A stretch of 61,995 bases of DNA, filler included, from Dimorphilus gyrociliatus (GCA_904063045.1; 3 parts of 3 records of this genome joined end to end with filler, not necessarily neighbours in it), one strand, 5' to 3'. Counted from the whole stretch's first letter, positions 12,611 through 26,589 are shown. The notes: generated by a model from the letters alone, not told the origin. A program made the numbers and translations.

Positions 12611-13632
12611 CATAAACCAACGATTGGTATAGAGAAGGTGATAAAAGCTATGACATGTTGCTAAAAACCCAATCAACACCAATAGTAAAAACACTTATTT
12701 TGGCAAAAATTATATTGCACCTGATATTTCGGATATAGATAACAATTACATTCTGACAATGCTGAAAAATTCCAAATTGAAATCTACTACAAGATTCCGA
12801 CCAGATGATTTCAGATTGAAGCACAAAGGATTATGAAGTTTAAATTTAATGGTCTCATAATGCATATATAAAAAAAAACAGGAAAAATTATTACATCAGT
12901 TATGGCTAACAAGCCTGCGTCTTCCACATCTGTTTTGAATGAGATATAAGAAGTTTGACATGCATTTTTTCATATTGTTTGTTTCTTTGTTAATTCCATA
13001 GTGGCACCATCTGTAATGGTCAAAGAATCTATTTCCTACAGAATATAGATCTTTTTAAAGGTCTAGACTCTTATTCTACTAAATAAAAGTCTTTCTAAAG
13101 CTCCACAATTATAAATTCAATGAAATAACACTTTTTTCTAAACCTCCACCATTCCTCCACATCAAATCCTTTTGTTGTACTTTCATAGAAGGGTGAATTT
13201 TGTCTTTTACCCTTTGAGTTCCTCATTATTAATTTTTCTTTTTGTTTCTGTAAGCCCCTCAATCCAGGATTTACTACTGCTCTCATTGTTGCTTCTCCTT
13301 TCAATCTGTCCTATCTTTCAGATCCTTTTTATCTTGTCCTCTGTCCTGGAGTTTTGTGTGCGGCATATTACCCTCTGTCTCTTTCATCTTCTTCACTGTC
13401 TGACTATCCCATTCTTTTACTGAGGCAGGCAGTCAAATTTCACATCCCTTGTTTTGATTGCACAAGCCATCTTAATTTATCACATTTGCTTTACTGGTAT
13501 ACTTTCGTCCTTACATGACTGCTTTTACTTTAACCCTAAATCCAACCCTTGTCTGTAACTAGCCTTTTGCATTACTCCCAACTCTTATATGAGCGGTTAC
13601 TGTGTGGTTTATACCGTCCCATTATACTGAGT

Positions 13633-14266
13633 TGTACAACTTTGGTTATATTTTACATGCTTGAACTCTATTATTTTATGCAACATATACATGTACATCT
13701 TAAAACCTACGCAAGAAAATGCTATAACATTGGCCAAACATAAGTCTGATTAGTCAGCTTCAAGGCTCATCTTTAATTACCAATAAAGGTTTGGCCAAGT
13801 TATAATTTAATTAACTTGCCTAGGGTGTGGCCAAGTTATAATTCAATTAACCTTCCTAAATGTTCAACCTTGTAACATCCTGTTACTAAACATAAATATG
13901 AACTACACATTTTGGCAACTGTAAAGTGATGATTGGATGTCAGAGCAAACCTCAAAGTATATAAATCCTCACTATTCTCATTTGGCATGCAGCTTCCATC
14001 TGGACCCAAGGACCTGGGAGAATCATCTGGAAACAACCTCCACTGGAACCATCCATCTACTCCTCAACATTAGAAGACAGTTTGGTAATTTGGCAACCTG
14101 CTTTTACAAACTATCTACTCTGCTATCGAACTCTCATATTGTTACTTGCTTAAGTATTATTATTGCGAATAAACCGTTTTAATTTAAACATTTGTTTAAA
14201 GGTTCGAGTAGAACCAGTATTGTTATAACTTGCAAACGCATAGATTTCGCCAGCAAGAGCAGTACA
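13633..14266 (+). mobile_element. Solo LTR of the same family, TSD GAGT/GAAT (one mismatch)
   Basis: TGTAC...GTACA termini, nearly identical to 56943-57577. Contains a duplicated TGGCCAAGTTATAATT(T/C)AATTAAC motif, TATATAAAT and AATAAA. Confidence 0.92.
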
Positions 14267-15740
14267 GAATAATGAAATTCTGAGTTGTTACTATGTGCTC
14301 AATTGTCAACCTTTGTGGATTATCATTTAGCTTTTTTTAGTTCTATTTTATTTTTCAAACTTACAATGAAGCTTAGCTAAAGCAGTACAACATAAATTTA
14401 AGTAGCATTAGTCAAAGGACTCAGTTCATCATTATTATTTATCAACCATTTCAAATACATCATTTTACAAATTGATTGACTTGATTATGAAAATTTTATA
14501 GACAAATAAAGTTAAATTTATCTCTTTTTTCTTTTAAATTTTCAAAAGAATGACAGAGCAGATATTTATTTTTAATGAATTATGATTTGAAATTTTCATT
14601 CCAACTTTTTTGTCTTACCAAAATGAAAGAAATTCATTGGAAGTTCACAAGCCAATACATTAATTATTGTAAATAATTCACCAATTTGTAAATTTCCATA
14701 ATCTTTTCAAAAATGTAGGTTTTTTTGTGTAAGTGCATGGATCAGTTGTATCTAATCGCATAGTATAACAAAAGTTGTACATTACCAAATGATTTTATGG
14801 AATGATGTAGTTTGTATTTCCATAAATGAAAATTTTCCAACAGCATCAACATTAGCTTTTTTATTTCAATGTACACTGATTTTTGTTTCATTATTATAAT
14901 GTAAAAGCATTGCTGTTTAATAAATCTGTCTTTTTTTTCTGAATATTCAAATTTTTATAAGAAAGAGTAGTAGACCACTGATTATTTCTTCATTTTTTAT
15001 TTCAATAAGGATTATAAGAAATAAAAAAAAAGAAAAAAAGAAACAATGGGTCTACTACTCTTTCTTATAAAAATTTGAATATTCAGAAAAAAAAGACAGA
15101 TTTATTAAACAGCAATGCTTTTACATTATAATAATGAAACAAAAATCAGTGTACATTGATATAAATAAGCTACTGTTGTTACCATTGGAAAATTTTCATT
15201 TATCATTCAAGAAAATCATTTGGTAATTTACAACTTTTGTTATACTATGCAATTAGATACAACTGATCCATGCACTTACACAAAAAACCTACATTTTTGA
15301 AAAGATTATGGAAATTTACAAATTGGTGAATTATTTACAATAATTAATGTATTGGCTTGTGAACTTCCAATGAATTTCTTTCATTTTGGTAAGACAAAAA
15401 AGTTGGAATGAAAATTTCAAATCATAATTCATTAAAAATAAATATCTGCTCTGTCATTCTTTTGAAAATTTAAAAGAAAAAAGAGATAAATTTAACTTTA
15501 TTTGTCTATAAAAATTTTCATAATCAAGTCAATCAATTTGTAAAATGATGTATTGAAATGGTTGATAAATAATAATGATGAACTGAGTCCTTTGACTAAT
15601 GCTACTTAAATTTATGTTGTACTGCTTTAGCTAAGCTTCATTGTAAGTTTGAAAAATAAAATAGAACTAAAAAAAGCTAAATGATAATCCACAAAGGTTG
15701 ACAATTGAGCACATAGTAACAACTCAGAATTTCATTATTC

Positions 15741-16374
15741 TGTACTGCTCTTGCTGGCGAAATCTATGCGTTTGCAAGTTATAACAATACTGGTTCTACT
15801 CGAACTTTAAACAAATGTTTAAATTAAAACGGTTTATTCGCAATAATAATACTTAAGCAAGTAACAATATGAGAGTTCGATAGCAGAGTAGATAGTTTGT
15901 AAAAGCAGGTTGCCAAATTACCAAACTGTCTTCTAATGTTGAGGAGTAGATGGATGGTTCCAGTGGAGGTTGTTTCCAGATGATTCTCCCAGGTCCTTGG
16001 GTCCAGATGGAAGCTGCATGCCAAATGAGAATAGTGAGGATTTATATACTTTGAGGTTTGCCTCTGACATCCAATCATCACTTTACAGTTGCCAAAATGT
16101 GTAGTTCATATTTATGTTTAGTAACAGGATGTTACAAGGTTGAACATTTAGGAAGGTTAATTGAATTATAACTTGGCCACACCCTAGGCAAGTTAATTAA
16201 ATTATAACTTGGCCAAACCTTTATTGGTAATTAAAGATGAGCCTTGAAGCTGACTAATCAGACTTATGTTTGGGCCAATGTTATAGCATTTTCTTGCGTA
16301 GGTTTTAAGATGTACATGTATATGTTGCATAAAATAATAGAGTTCAAGCATGTAAAATATAACCAAAGTGTACA
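15741..16374 (-). mobile_element. Mirror copy of solo LTR 13633-14266
   Basis: Reverse complement within the fold-back 2 arm. Confidence 0.9.
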
Positions 16375-17778
16375 ACTCAGTATAATGGGACGGTATAAAC
16401 CACACAGTAACCGCTCATATAAGAGTTGGGAGTAATGCAAAAGGCTAGTTACAGACAAGGGTTGGATTTAGGGTTAAAGTAAAAGCAGTCATGTAAGGAC
16501 GAAAGTATACCAGTAAAGCAAATGTGATAAATTAAGATGGCTTGTGCAATCAAAACAAGGGATGTGAAATTTGACTGCCTGCCTCAGTAAAAGAATGGAT
16601 AGTCAGACAGTGAAGAAGATGAAAGAGACAGAGGGTAATATGCCGCACACAAAACTCCAGGACAGAGGACAAGATAAAAAGGATCTGAAAGATAGGACAG
16701 ATTGAAAGGAGAAGCAACAATGAGAGCAGTAGTAAATCCTGGATTGAGGGCTTACAGAAACAAAAAGAAAAATTAATAATGAGGAACTCAAAGGGTAAAA
16801 GACAAAATTCACCCTTCTATGAAAGTACAACAAAAGGATTTGATGTGGAGGAATGGTGGAGGTTTAGAAAAAGTGTTATTTCATTGAATTTATAATTGTG
16901 GAGCTTTAGAAAGACTTTTATTTAGTAGAATAAGAGTCTAGACCTTTAAAAAGATCTATATTCTGTAGGAAATAGATTCTTTGACCATTACAGATGGTGC
17001 CACTATGGAATTAACAAAGAAACAAACAATATGAAAAAATGCATGTCAACTTCTTATATCTCATTCAAAACAGATGTGGAAGACGCAGGCTTGTTAGCCA
17101 TAACTGATGTAATAATTTTTCCTGTTTTTTTTATATATGCATTATGAGACCATTAAATTTAAACTTCATAATCCTTTGTGCTTCAATCTGAAATCATCTG
17201 GTCGAATCTTGTAGTAGATTTCAATTTGGAATTTTTCAGCATTGTCAGAATGTAATTTTATCTATATCCGAAATATCAGGTGCAATATAATTTTGCCAAA
17301 ATAAGTGTTTTTACTATTGGTGTTGATTGGGTTTTAGCAACATGTCATAGCTTTTATCACCTTCTCTATACCAATCGTTGGTTTATGGAAGAAAATGTCC
17401 ACAAGAGAAAACATTCACAGGAGAAATCGTCCACAACTAAAGAGAAAATGTCCACAAGAGAGAAACGTCCACAGGAGAAATGTCCATAACTTAGGAGAAA
17501 GCATGAACAGTAATTTTTATATGAACAACGGTTTAGAGATTAATATTTGGTATAGATAATTGGATGTTTTCTCCTACACCCCTATCAATATAAGTTACAA
17601 TATTTTGTTTATCTGTTTCATTTGCATTTCTCAAAAAGGATTTCTTTTTCCTTGAAACTTTTCCAGTCTCATAGCTTCAATATTTGAAATAACTTGATAA
17701 TTTGTGTCTGTTAGCATTATCTTATTAGCATAGTTTGACTCTTTGAGGTCAGTTTTTAATAAATCAAATGCTTTATGT

Positions 17779-18391
17779 TGTACTGCTCTTGCTGGCAAAA
17801 TCTATGCATTTGCAAGTTATAACAATACTGGTTCTACTCAAACCTTTAAACAAATGTTTAAATTAAAATGGTTTATTCACAATAATAATACTTTAGCAAG
17901 TGCAATATGAGAGTTCAATAGCAGAGTAGATAGTTTGTATTAGCAGGTTGCCAAGTTACCAAACTGTCTTCCAATGTCGAGGAGTTGTTTCCAGGTTATC
18001 TTTCCAGGTCCTTGGGTTCAGATGGAAGCTGCATGCCAGAATGAGAATAGTGAGGATTTATATACTTTGAGGTTTGCCTCTGACATCCAATCATCACTTT
18101 ACAGTTGCCGAAATGTGTAGTTCATATTTATGTTTAGTAAGAGGATGTTACAAGGTTGAACATTTAGGAAGGTTAATTGAATTATAACTTGGCCACACCC
18201 TAGGCAAGTTAATTAAATCATAACTTGGCCAAACCTTTATTGTTAATTAAAGATGAGCCTTCAAACTGACTAATCAGACTTATGTTTGGTCAGTGTTTAT
18301 AGCATTTTCTTGCGTAGGTTTCAAGATGTACATGTATATGTTGCATAAAATAATAGAGTTCAAGCATGTAAAATATAACCAAAGTTGTACA
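17779..18391 (-). mobile_element. Mirror copy of solo LTR 11606-12217
   Basis: Reverse complement, flanked by ATGT/ATGT. Confidence 0.9.
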
Positions 18392-19257
18392 ATGTGGAAT
18401 TAACACTCTTTTTCTGGTCCCACCTAATCCTCTTATGTGTCTGTCTTGATATGGGAGGTTCATTATTGAATAGTTTGGATATGATAAATATCTTCTTAGC
18501 TTGATGCATTCAACATTTTTATCTAGAGTTTTTCAAGATGATGTATGACTTTGTGTATTATTACCAACAATTAACAGGCATAAACCACTCTAATTTGTCT
18601 TATTTATCCAGTTCATTTCTTGTCCAATGTGTTCATTGACTATTTGAACCCAGTCAGCAAATGTGTTAATTGTAGGTTTCTTTATTAAGTCTTTATTTTC
18701 TTTGATAAAACCATATTCAATCAATTCACTTTCCATCTTCACATTGTTTAGAACTAGAAACTCATTTACTTAATATATTTTCTTTAACTGAAATACTGGC
18801 ACTTTGTTGATTAATTTCTACAAAAATTACATTTTTTAAGACTATTTGTGTAGGAACTTGAAAGGTTCTATTTGTGTGAGTACTTTGGTAAATTGATAAT
18901 AATTGGAAAGGACAAATACTGTTCCGAAGAAGCAGATATTCCTATGATTACAATACAACAAAGTACATATTCTATATGCTTTTCCTATGTATTAATAAAT
19001 AAAATGTCTGGAATTCAAGAGTATGGTTTCACCTAATATGACTAGGGTTTCAATCAGGTATGGTTTACCCCTATTTTGTTAAATTTCAAGTGTATAATTC
19101 AGCTCAACAGATTCTGTATAATGTGATCATTATATTATTCAATATTATATTTATATACTTCTTAACAACCTATTTTAGCAATATCCATTTAAAATATTTG
19201 CATTTTAGACACTTCCACATTTGATTTATTTAAAAGATATTTAAAATTTCCCATTTT

Positions 19258-20871
19258 TCATAAAATATCACAAATTTTAAAAAACAAAAATAGATACTCT
19301 TTCTTCTGAGGTGGTTTCATTCTTTCTTCAAATGAATTTATAATAAGTTCTGAATCAGAGCCTGGATAGGTTTTAGTGCCAGCTTCTTCAGTGGTGTTTT
19401 GGTAGTTGTGAAAATATTTTCCCAACATTCCAAAAGTTATTTTTGTCATATTTGCTTGTTTTTCCAGATTTTGTTTGTTGATTTTGGGCTTGTTGTATAA
19501 ACTTCTTAACTGGTTCCCCTCTTTTGATAAAGAATGGAGGGAAACTTGTTTTGTTGCAAAGTTGATAATGGCTCCAGAATTTTGTAAGAAGTCACAACCA
19601 AGTATTACAGCCATATCCAATTTTTCCATAATGAAAAATTCTTGTTCATAATTCTTCCAGCAAACTGGATGTTCAATTTTGCTTTTCCTTTAATCTTTAA
19701 GCTTTTCCATCTGCTTAAGTGATGGTTGGTAAGTCTGTAGTTTCTATCATGATGAATTTATGGTCCATTAGCCTGATTTCCTTTTCAGTAATAAAGGACA
19801 TAAAGGCTCCTGTATCACATAAGGCAATGACCTCTCTTCCATTATGATATTTAATTCGAAATTGGAAATCTTTTCTGCCTTTTACCAAAGAAGTACACTT
19901 AAAATGTGCGATTTTCTCTTTTTTTGAGATTAAATGTTGCCATTCTTCCTTTAGAAATTTCAGTCTCATTCGGTTCATCAGGTCCAACATGTATTAGTCT
20001 CTTAAAGCTGCCTTTTTCATTATTTCCTGCATTTCCATTTCTTTGTTGTTGAAATCTATTTTGAGAAAAAGGTTTAAATGTATGTTCATTTTGATTTGAG
20101 TTACTCTGATTGTTGTCAAATCTCCTTTGTACTGTTTGAATCATTTTTGCTTTCCTTTCTTGCATTATCAAAAAAATTTTTTGCTGTTTTTGCCAAATTA
20201 ATATACTGATTAACTGAGTTAATCTTTCCATCTTTTTCCCACATGATTAACAATTTTTCCTTTAAGACCATTCCTGAATACAGTTAACAGTTGAAGTTCT
20301 CTAACTCTTTCAGTAACACAAGCCATTTCAGTATTATTGAATGGTAGGAATTTTTCCCCAAGTTCTTTACTTCTTCTAATAAAACTTTGGACAGTTTCAT
20401 CATTGAAACTGTCTCAATCTATCAATTTCTTTTTTGTAAGCCATAGGATCTGGATTAAATTCTTCATCCAATGCATACCAAATTTCATTTTCATTTGCCA
20501 TGGAGGGTAAACTTTCAATAGCATCTCTGGCTCTTCCAGTAGTATATTTTCTCAGCATTCGAATTCTTTTCTCCTCTGGATCCCAAAGGTTTAATTCACA
20601 AGCTGTTTGAAAGTTCCTCTTAAAGGCCCAAGTATCTTTGCTACCCGAATAGGGTCTCAGCAAAGTAGTATTAGGTTTCTCATTAGCATCAATTAGAAGA
20701 CTTGCAATTGTCTTTCCAAAGTGTTATCTTGAATGCCATCATAAGTGAATTTTGGTTGAGTAGGATCAGGATTAACCATACCTTCAGGAATTGTAGCTCC
20801 CCAGTCATCAAATGGTACTTTAAAAAGCTATTACCATCAACATTGGCTCCACTACTTTTAATTCTCAACAT
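19258..20871 (-). pseudogene. Third (mirror) copy of the Gag-protease derivative, fragmented by indels
   Basis: ORF-track fragments 19258-19629, 19715-19990, 19899-20231, 20400-20663 and 20689-20871 reproduce 9117-10761. Confidence 0.85.
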
Positions 20872-20907
20872 TAATTATTAATTATTGAAAGATACTCATC
20901 TACTTCT

Positions 20908-21007
20908 NNNNNNNNNNNNNNNNNNNNNNNNNNNNNNNNNNNNNNNNNNNNTTAATTAATTAANNNNNNNNNNNNNNNNNNNNNNNNNNNNNNNNNNNNN
21001 NNNNNNN
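20908..21007. other. Artificial contig linker (44 N + TTAATTAATTAA + 44 N)
   Basis: Exactly 100 nt with a six-frame-stop core; identical to 50376-50475. Confidence 0.97.
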
Positions 21008-21679
21008 AAGTATAGAAAAGTAATTTTATTTTTAAATATCATAATGATTATAAAAAGAAGACAATATTGTTTATGCTTTGCAACTGAGACTGTTTATAGC
21101 TTTTGAAGAGAAAAGAAGTCTTATATGGTAATTATATTTAAAGATTTTCTTAAATTGAATATATTATTAGCTCTTAACAAAAGATATTACCATACTGCTT
21201 GACTTGTTTAATTGACATAGTTAAGTTTAAATTGCCACTGGCATATATTATTTTTATATGGAATCCATAGAATAGCTTAGGTATACTAACTAGTATAGTT
21301 ATTACTGACTAGTAATGAAGATAAACATATAACTTTATGTTGAATTTTTACAATGATCTTCATTGGCATACAAGTAGGGGTGTGGATAAATTTCTTCAGA
21401 TACAACATCAGCTGATGGTCTGTTGTTGATTGATGCTTGCAAATTGACAATTAAAATAGGAACACTGTAAAAAATGTCCAGGATTGATTTGGCCAGAATT
21501 CAAAATGGTCCATAGTAAACTTTTATTAATAAAAAAGCATTTCTTTCATCTTTGTAAATATTTAAAATTGGTCCCTTAAAACAATTGTTAAAATTATAAT
21601 TTGAAGACATTTTCAAAATCCTTAAAGTCTGCTTTAGGGTAAGAAAAAATCAAACATATGTTTATATTATCTTTTTTTG

Positions 21680-21790
21680 TTGAATAGCAGAGTAGATACT
21701 TTGTAATAGCAGGTTACCAAGTTACCAAACTAATGTCCAATGTTAAAGGAGTAGAAGGCTTATCCCAGTGTTGGTTGCATTCATCTTATC
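21680..21790 (-). mobile_element. Degenerate fragment of the gypsy-family LTR
   Basis: AATAGCAGAGTAGATACTTTGTAATAGCAGGTTACCAAGTTACCAAAC matches LTR 57081-57130. Confidence 0.75.
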
Positions 21791-23775
21791 CCTGACAGTA
21801 CTTTATATGATCATTTTTTATTGACTAGACAAATAGATAGATAGACAATTTGAGAGAAGCTATCTTTGCTGCTGATATATCTTTAATTCTTGTAATGTTC
21901 TTTCTGAAAACTGTTATTTTTTTCAAATCAATCAGGTTTTTTCATACTTGCTTGGGTCAGAGTTGGAAAAACTTTTCCTCACTCTCATGTTTTGAAGTTA
22001 CTATTGGGGTTAGAAAATGCTTTTTCTGAGGAAATGATTAATGGTTAGGTTAGGGTTGAGATTAAAGTTACATTAAAAACTACAGGTAATAGCTTTAATA
22101 TTTTTAGGTTAAGGGTTAGGGTAAAACCTTCAAAATGACGACAAGTTTCTATCATTTATCTGAGGGAGTGTACAAATTAATATAACTGAATTATTTCCAA
22201 TTTTAAACCCTTATAATATATATCTCAACAAAAAAAATCTAAAATCTGCTGTGTCACGGCCACTTCTCCCGTGCAAGACAATTGCAAACAAAGTCTTATG
22301 TGCCAAATATAATTATAGTTTAAAAAGCACATACAAAGTAAAGTTTAATATTTTGTTAGTAAATCTTACTTATTAACAATTGCCTCTTATACACTTATGA
22401 TAATCTGAACTGTGAACATTTATCAAAACATTTCTCGCGCTATAAAGACAGATTATATGTTGTTTTATTATTAACTTACTCATTTATTGATAACCTACTT
22501 TTTGCAAGTAATCTTTCAAAAGTTCTTTCTTAAGTAACTGATCTTGAAGGGTCTCTTCCAATTTCTCTCTTTTCTCCATTTGTTCTAAAATTGAATTAAA
22601 ACTGCCAACAGCATGAAATGCAGAAGCATTCACTGAAAGTCAAATAACTGAACAAATAATAATCAGTTTTTTATCCATTTTGTCAAAATACAGAAATGTT
22701 TCTTGTAAAGAAAAATAAGATTTAAATTTTCTCTTCTGTTACCTACCCCTTTTATAGACCAGAAGCACCTTGAAACTACTCTGAAACTAGTTTTCTTTAT
22801 TGTATGAGAAAAGAATATTGGAAAAAACTAACATTTTAAAAAAGCATTATATTCAATTCAAACACATTCAAAGAACATAATAGAAAGCAATCTATTATTT
22901 CTTTTGTGTAAAAATTGGTTATGGTTGAAATCCTCAAAAACAACTGTGAGAAATTGAAAATGGCCACCATGCCTAACTATTACATCAAAACTACAAAAGT
23001 TGTATAATTACATTTGAAGTGATAACACTTTAAATTGAAATAATTATTTTTTACATTTGTATTAAAGAATTGTAAAAGAATTATTTTGAATAGAAACATT
23101 GACAGCAGACAGATTTATATATGATAAATTGTTCAACGCGCTTTTCCATTTCAACAGGTTAGTGGGAGTTTTCAACAATATCCAATCATTTTGCAATATC
23201 AAAAATATTTCGAAATTTTGTACAACTCTCTTTGTCCAGCCTTTACAGATTTAATGACATATTTTTATATGATTACAATTAGCAATATAGCTCAATATTT
23301 CACAGGCAATTACATTGAAAACGCTATTTATGGAGAAATAGAATAAACTGTAAGTTGATTATCATTCAAATTTCTTTTTTTTTGAATAGTATTAGTACTT
23401 TTGCCAATTAGGGAAGTATATTTTTCTTTTATAGGCCTAATAGACTGTTAATGAGAGATCACTTCACAATTTAAATGGTTATTTTTCAATTAATCTAGTT
23501 AAAAGTGATATTTCGCAATAACTAAATAATGCTAAGCCATTTTATATTTGTAATTTCATATACGAAAACTTCAATTAATGCTCTGGCCATTTTTTATGGG
23601 TCCCAATTAAGACATTATATATCCTTAGCAATCATTATAAGCCAATATTTAAACAAGCAAGCAGAAGCTGATATTGATTTGGAAAACTAGAAGCAAAAAA
23701 AACTTACAAATTCATCTTTTTCTGCCAATCAATTGATTGTTGATTCTAGATGGTTGAAATACAAAAACATTTACA

Positions 23776-24763
23776 ATGGAAAGCTTTGAATCTAAAATAC
23801 CTGCGAAAATGCTCCTTCATAATTATTCTGATTGGAAGAATGATAAAGATAAACACTTTAATGATATTTTGTATGAAATTACTCCTGATAAAAGAAAATA
23901 CAAGGTAAATATTTAAAATTGAATTTTTTAAAATCCCTTATATTTTCTTTCACACATTAAGCTGAAATTACAAACCTACTGGAATGAGGATCTTGGGAAG
24001 ATAATCAAGAAATTTCATGTGAAGAGTACATTGATAGGCATAGAAATTTGAGAATAGGCTCATTCAATATTCAAGGAATTTCTAAAGAAAAAAGTGACAA
24101 TTCTACTTTAAAAGAGGTTTTGTTATATTTCTATAAAATAAAACAAAGATTTAGTTTCCTTTTTCTATAACAGATTGTAAACAATTTTCATTTTCTTCTT
24201 CTTTTGAAAATAAAAACAGAAAGAAAAAATTTACAAAATTTGCTAAAGAACATTAATGGTGATTATTAAAATTCTTATTAAGGACACTTCGGAATGTTAC
24301 ATTTAATGGAATGAAAACAAATGTTATACAATCTGCAAGGAATGATAGGTAATCTAAACTAGAAGAAAATGAATCCTTTTTTTCTCATTGAATGTTTTTT
24401 CTCTGTAGGCTATTCATTTGTGGAGATGAATTAGAAAAACATTTTATAAAAGAAAGTGACATAGTATTTTACTATCATCCTGTAAGTCATCACTATCCAA
24501 TTGGTTTTGAAATTGAATCTACATTGGATTTGGAAATTGATAATAGTGAACCTCCAACTAATTTGACTATTGACCTAAATAAAGATGAAATGAAATTAGA
24601 AAATATCAAATTACTATTCTTTAATATGAAACATAGTCCTTTGTTTTCTTCTCAATATATTTATGATAGTTTAAATAAATTAGACTATGAAGAACTTGGA
24701 ATACAATTTTCTCAACATTCCAAATACAACAATTCACTCATTTCAACAAGTTTAGTAATTTAA
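23776..24763 (+). pseudogene. Multi-exon gene remnant, possibly exonuclease/endonuclease/phosphatase (EEPD1-like); inverted paralog at about 44431-45640
   Basis: GT..AG mini-intron at 23905-23960. LRIGSFNIQGISKEKSDNSTLKEVL at about 24048-24120 resembles the N-terminal strand of the EEP fold. Stops are present. Confidence 0.4.
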
Positions 24764-25399
24764 TTAGCTAAAATAATGTTCATAGGTAGTTAAATCACAC
24801 TATGGTTAGTGAACCTTAATGTCTGTTTAACTTTTCACTTTCTTTTTGTTTGATCTTTGTAAAAGATGTTTGTTGATATTAAACTGCAATGACACTGCAG
24901 ACACAGTGTGAAATCTGCATTCTCTTAACATTCAAAATATAGCATGAACTGACAAACAAATACAGACATGGTGTGTTCAAGCAAAATTTAAACATTTTAA
25001 AAAAATAATATGTGAATTCATAGAAATTTATTTGGTTAAGAAGCATGTATCAGTTAAAAATCATGACTCTAAAAGTCTAGTGCACTATGAAAGTCAAATG
25101 ATATGATATAAACATTGATATTTTACTTGGTTTATTCTGTTAAATTATCATTTTAAGGACTTTCAATCTCTCCAATATATCTTTTATTTTAAAAACATAT
25201 AAGTAATTTGTATGTCACTGTGTCTTGAGCAGCTGTTGCTTTTCTTGAGCAATAAAATATACTTCATAAAAAATGGAACACTTTGAATTTTGATAGGTCA
25301 ACATATTAAAAATCTTGTTCACATTTTTTTTCTGCATTGAATCTTAGATTAAGCCTAAATTTATTTATGGTTTTCTTTCAAATACAAATTAGGTAAGAT

Positions 25400-26530
25400 T
25401 TTATATAATATTTTTATGTTTATATTATGCACTGTTTTATTGATTTTTTTCTTATTTGCCCATACTTCATAATAATTGGAACAGGCGCAAAAAATGTTTA
25501 TATTATTCCTCTTTTTAGATCTGACCACCCTCTTTTTGTAAGAATCTACTGATTCAATGTCCCATTCCATTGTATAGACTTGGTAACAACCTAGCTCCTC
25601 TTTTATCAGCTGATAAGAGCATTTTTTAATGTTTTTCCATAACTCATCCTCAGATGCTAATTGTACCAGTTTTTTAGTGAGATGCCACATGTTCTCAATT
25701 GGGCTGACATGTGTTCTCCTTGCTGGCCTATCAAGAGGATGGATACCATTCATCTGAAAGGCTCTTTTAGTTATCTTGGCAGTATGTCATCCAGCAAGAT
25801 AATGCTTCCTCCCCATTTTTGCCTCAATCTTTTCTATAACTGGGGAACATCTTGCACAATAAAACAGCTGCAATTGTCAGCATTAAGTTTTTTCTTTATC
25901 TGTCATATCTCAAATATTCCATCAGATGTTATCAGCCCCCAGACCATTATTCCACGTCTACCTATATTTTTTGTCACCCTAAAGTCTTTTTCACCATCTT
26001 TGGTCCACATATAAAAATCATATGGCCCATTTATTGAGAATCTAACCTCGTCTGTACTTAAGACCAGTCTAGATTATCGCTGATCATATTAAGACAAAAA
26101 ATTTCTCCTTTTCCAATTGTTGGTTGTGAGATCAGGTTTTTGTCTAACTCACTTATACCAAAATTTTTGTTTTTTTAGTTCCCTCTGAATGGTTACTAGG
26201 CTAATATCAAAATCTAACTCCTTCAAAATTTCGACTGGTGTCACCCTTTCCTTATTTCTGCATGGCTCTCTTCATCCTGCCTATATCTCTCTCTGTAAGC
26301 TTCTTTGGGCAACCTCTATCCTCCTCTTCTGGTGGTTGATAATTCAAAATACTGATAACTGAAGAAGGTGCTACTCCTAAAGCTCTTGCCATGGCCCATA
26401 ATTTTCTTAGTTTATTATATTTCTTGATTACAAGATGCCTAATGTCTTCATTTAACGGGATCTGGAAAGATTTTCCCATGGAATGAACATCCCAAATTGG
26501 AATGACCAAACACAGGTCTGCTTAGTCGGC
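25400..26530 (-). mobile_element. Tc1-like transposase pseudogene
   Basis: HTH ORF 26252-26509 (RGCPKKLTERD), VLSTDEVRFSINGP, IMVWGLIT and SPIENMW. Confidence 0.85.
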
Positions 26531-26589
26531 TTGAAGGCTTATGTTTAATTACCAGTTAAGGTTTGATCAAGTTAAAATTCAATTGGCTT

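Larger units (their letters stand above)
9081..20907. repeat. Large near-perfect inverted repeat (fold-back 2): arms 9081-14976 and 15049-20907, about 72-nt spacer
   Basis: GAGTAGTAGACC ends at 14976 and GGTCTACTACTC starts at 15049. The contig end at 20907 mirrors GAAGTAGATGAGTATC at 9081. Solo LTRs and the Gag ORF are mirrored. Confidence 0.97.

Noticed and set aside
11606-14266. Two same-orientation LTRs as one small TRIM/LARD element
   Set aside because: Each LTR has its own TSD, no PBS follows the first, and the two LTRs differ noticeably.
14380-14395. GCAGTACAACATAAA identical to the solo-LTR-1 right junction
   Set aside because: Only 15 nt in AT-rich DNA, with no further homology.
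1-20871. Three Gag-protease copies as a gene family
   Set aside because: They are mirror images within the fold-backs, differing mainly by homopolymer indels; probably one locus.
20908-21007. TTAATTAATTAA within N runs as a biological motif or PacI site
   Set aside because: Two identical 100-nt constructs with stops in all six frames; this is an artificial contig joiner.
22496-22790. Possible minus-strand exons (NASAFHAVGSFNSILEQMEKREKLEE...)
   Set aside because: Splice sites are plausible, but there is no recognisable domain or complete model.
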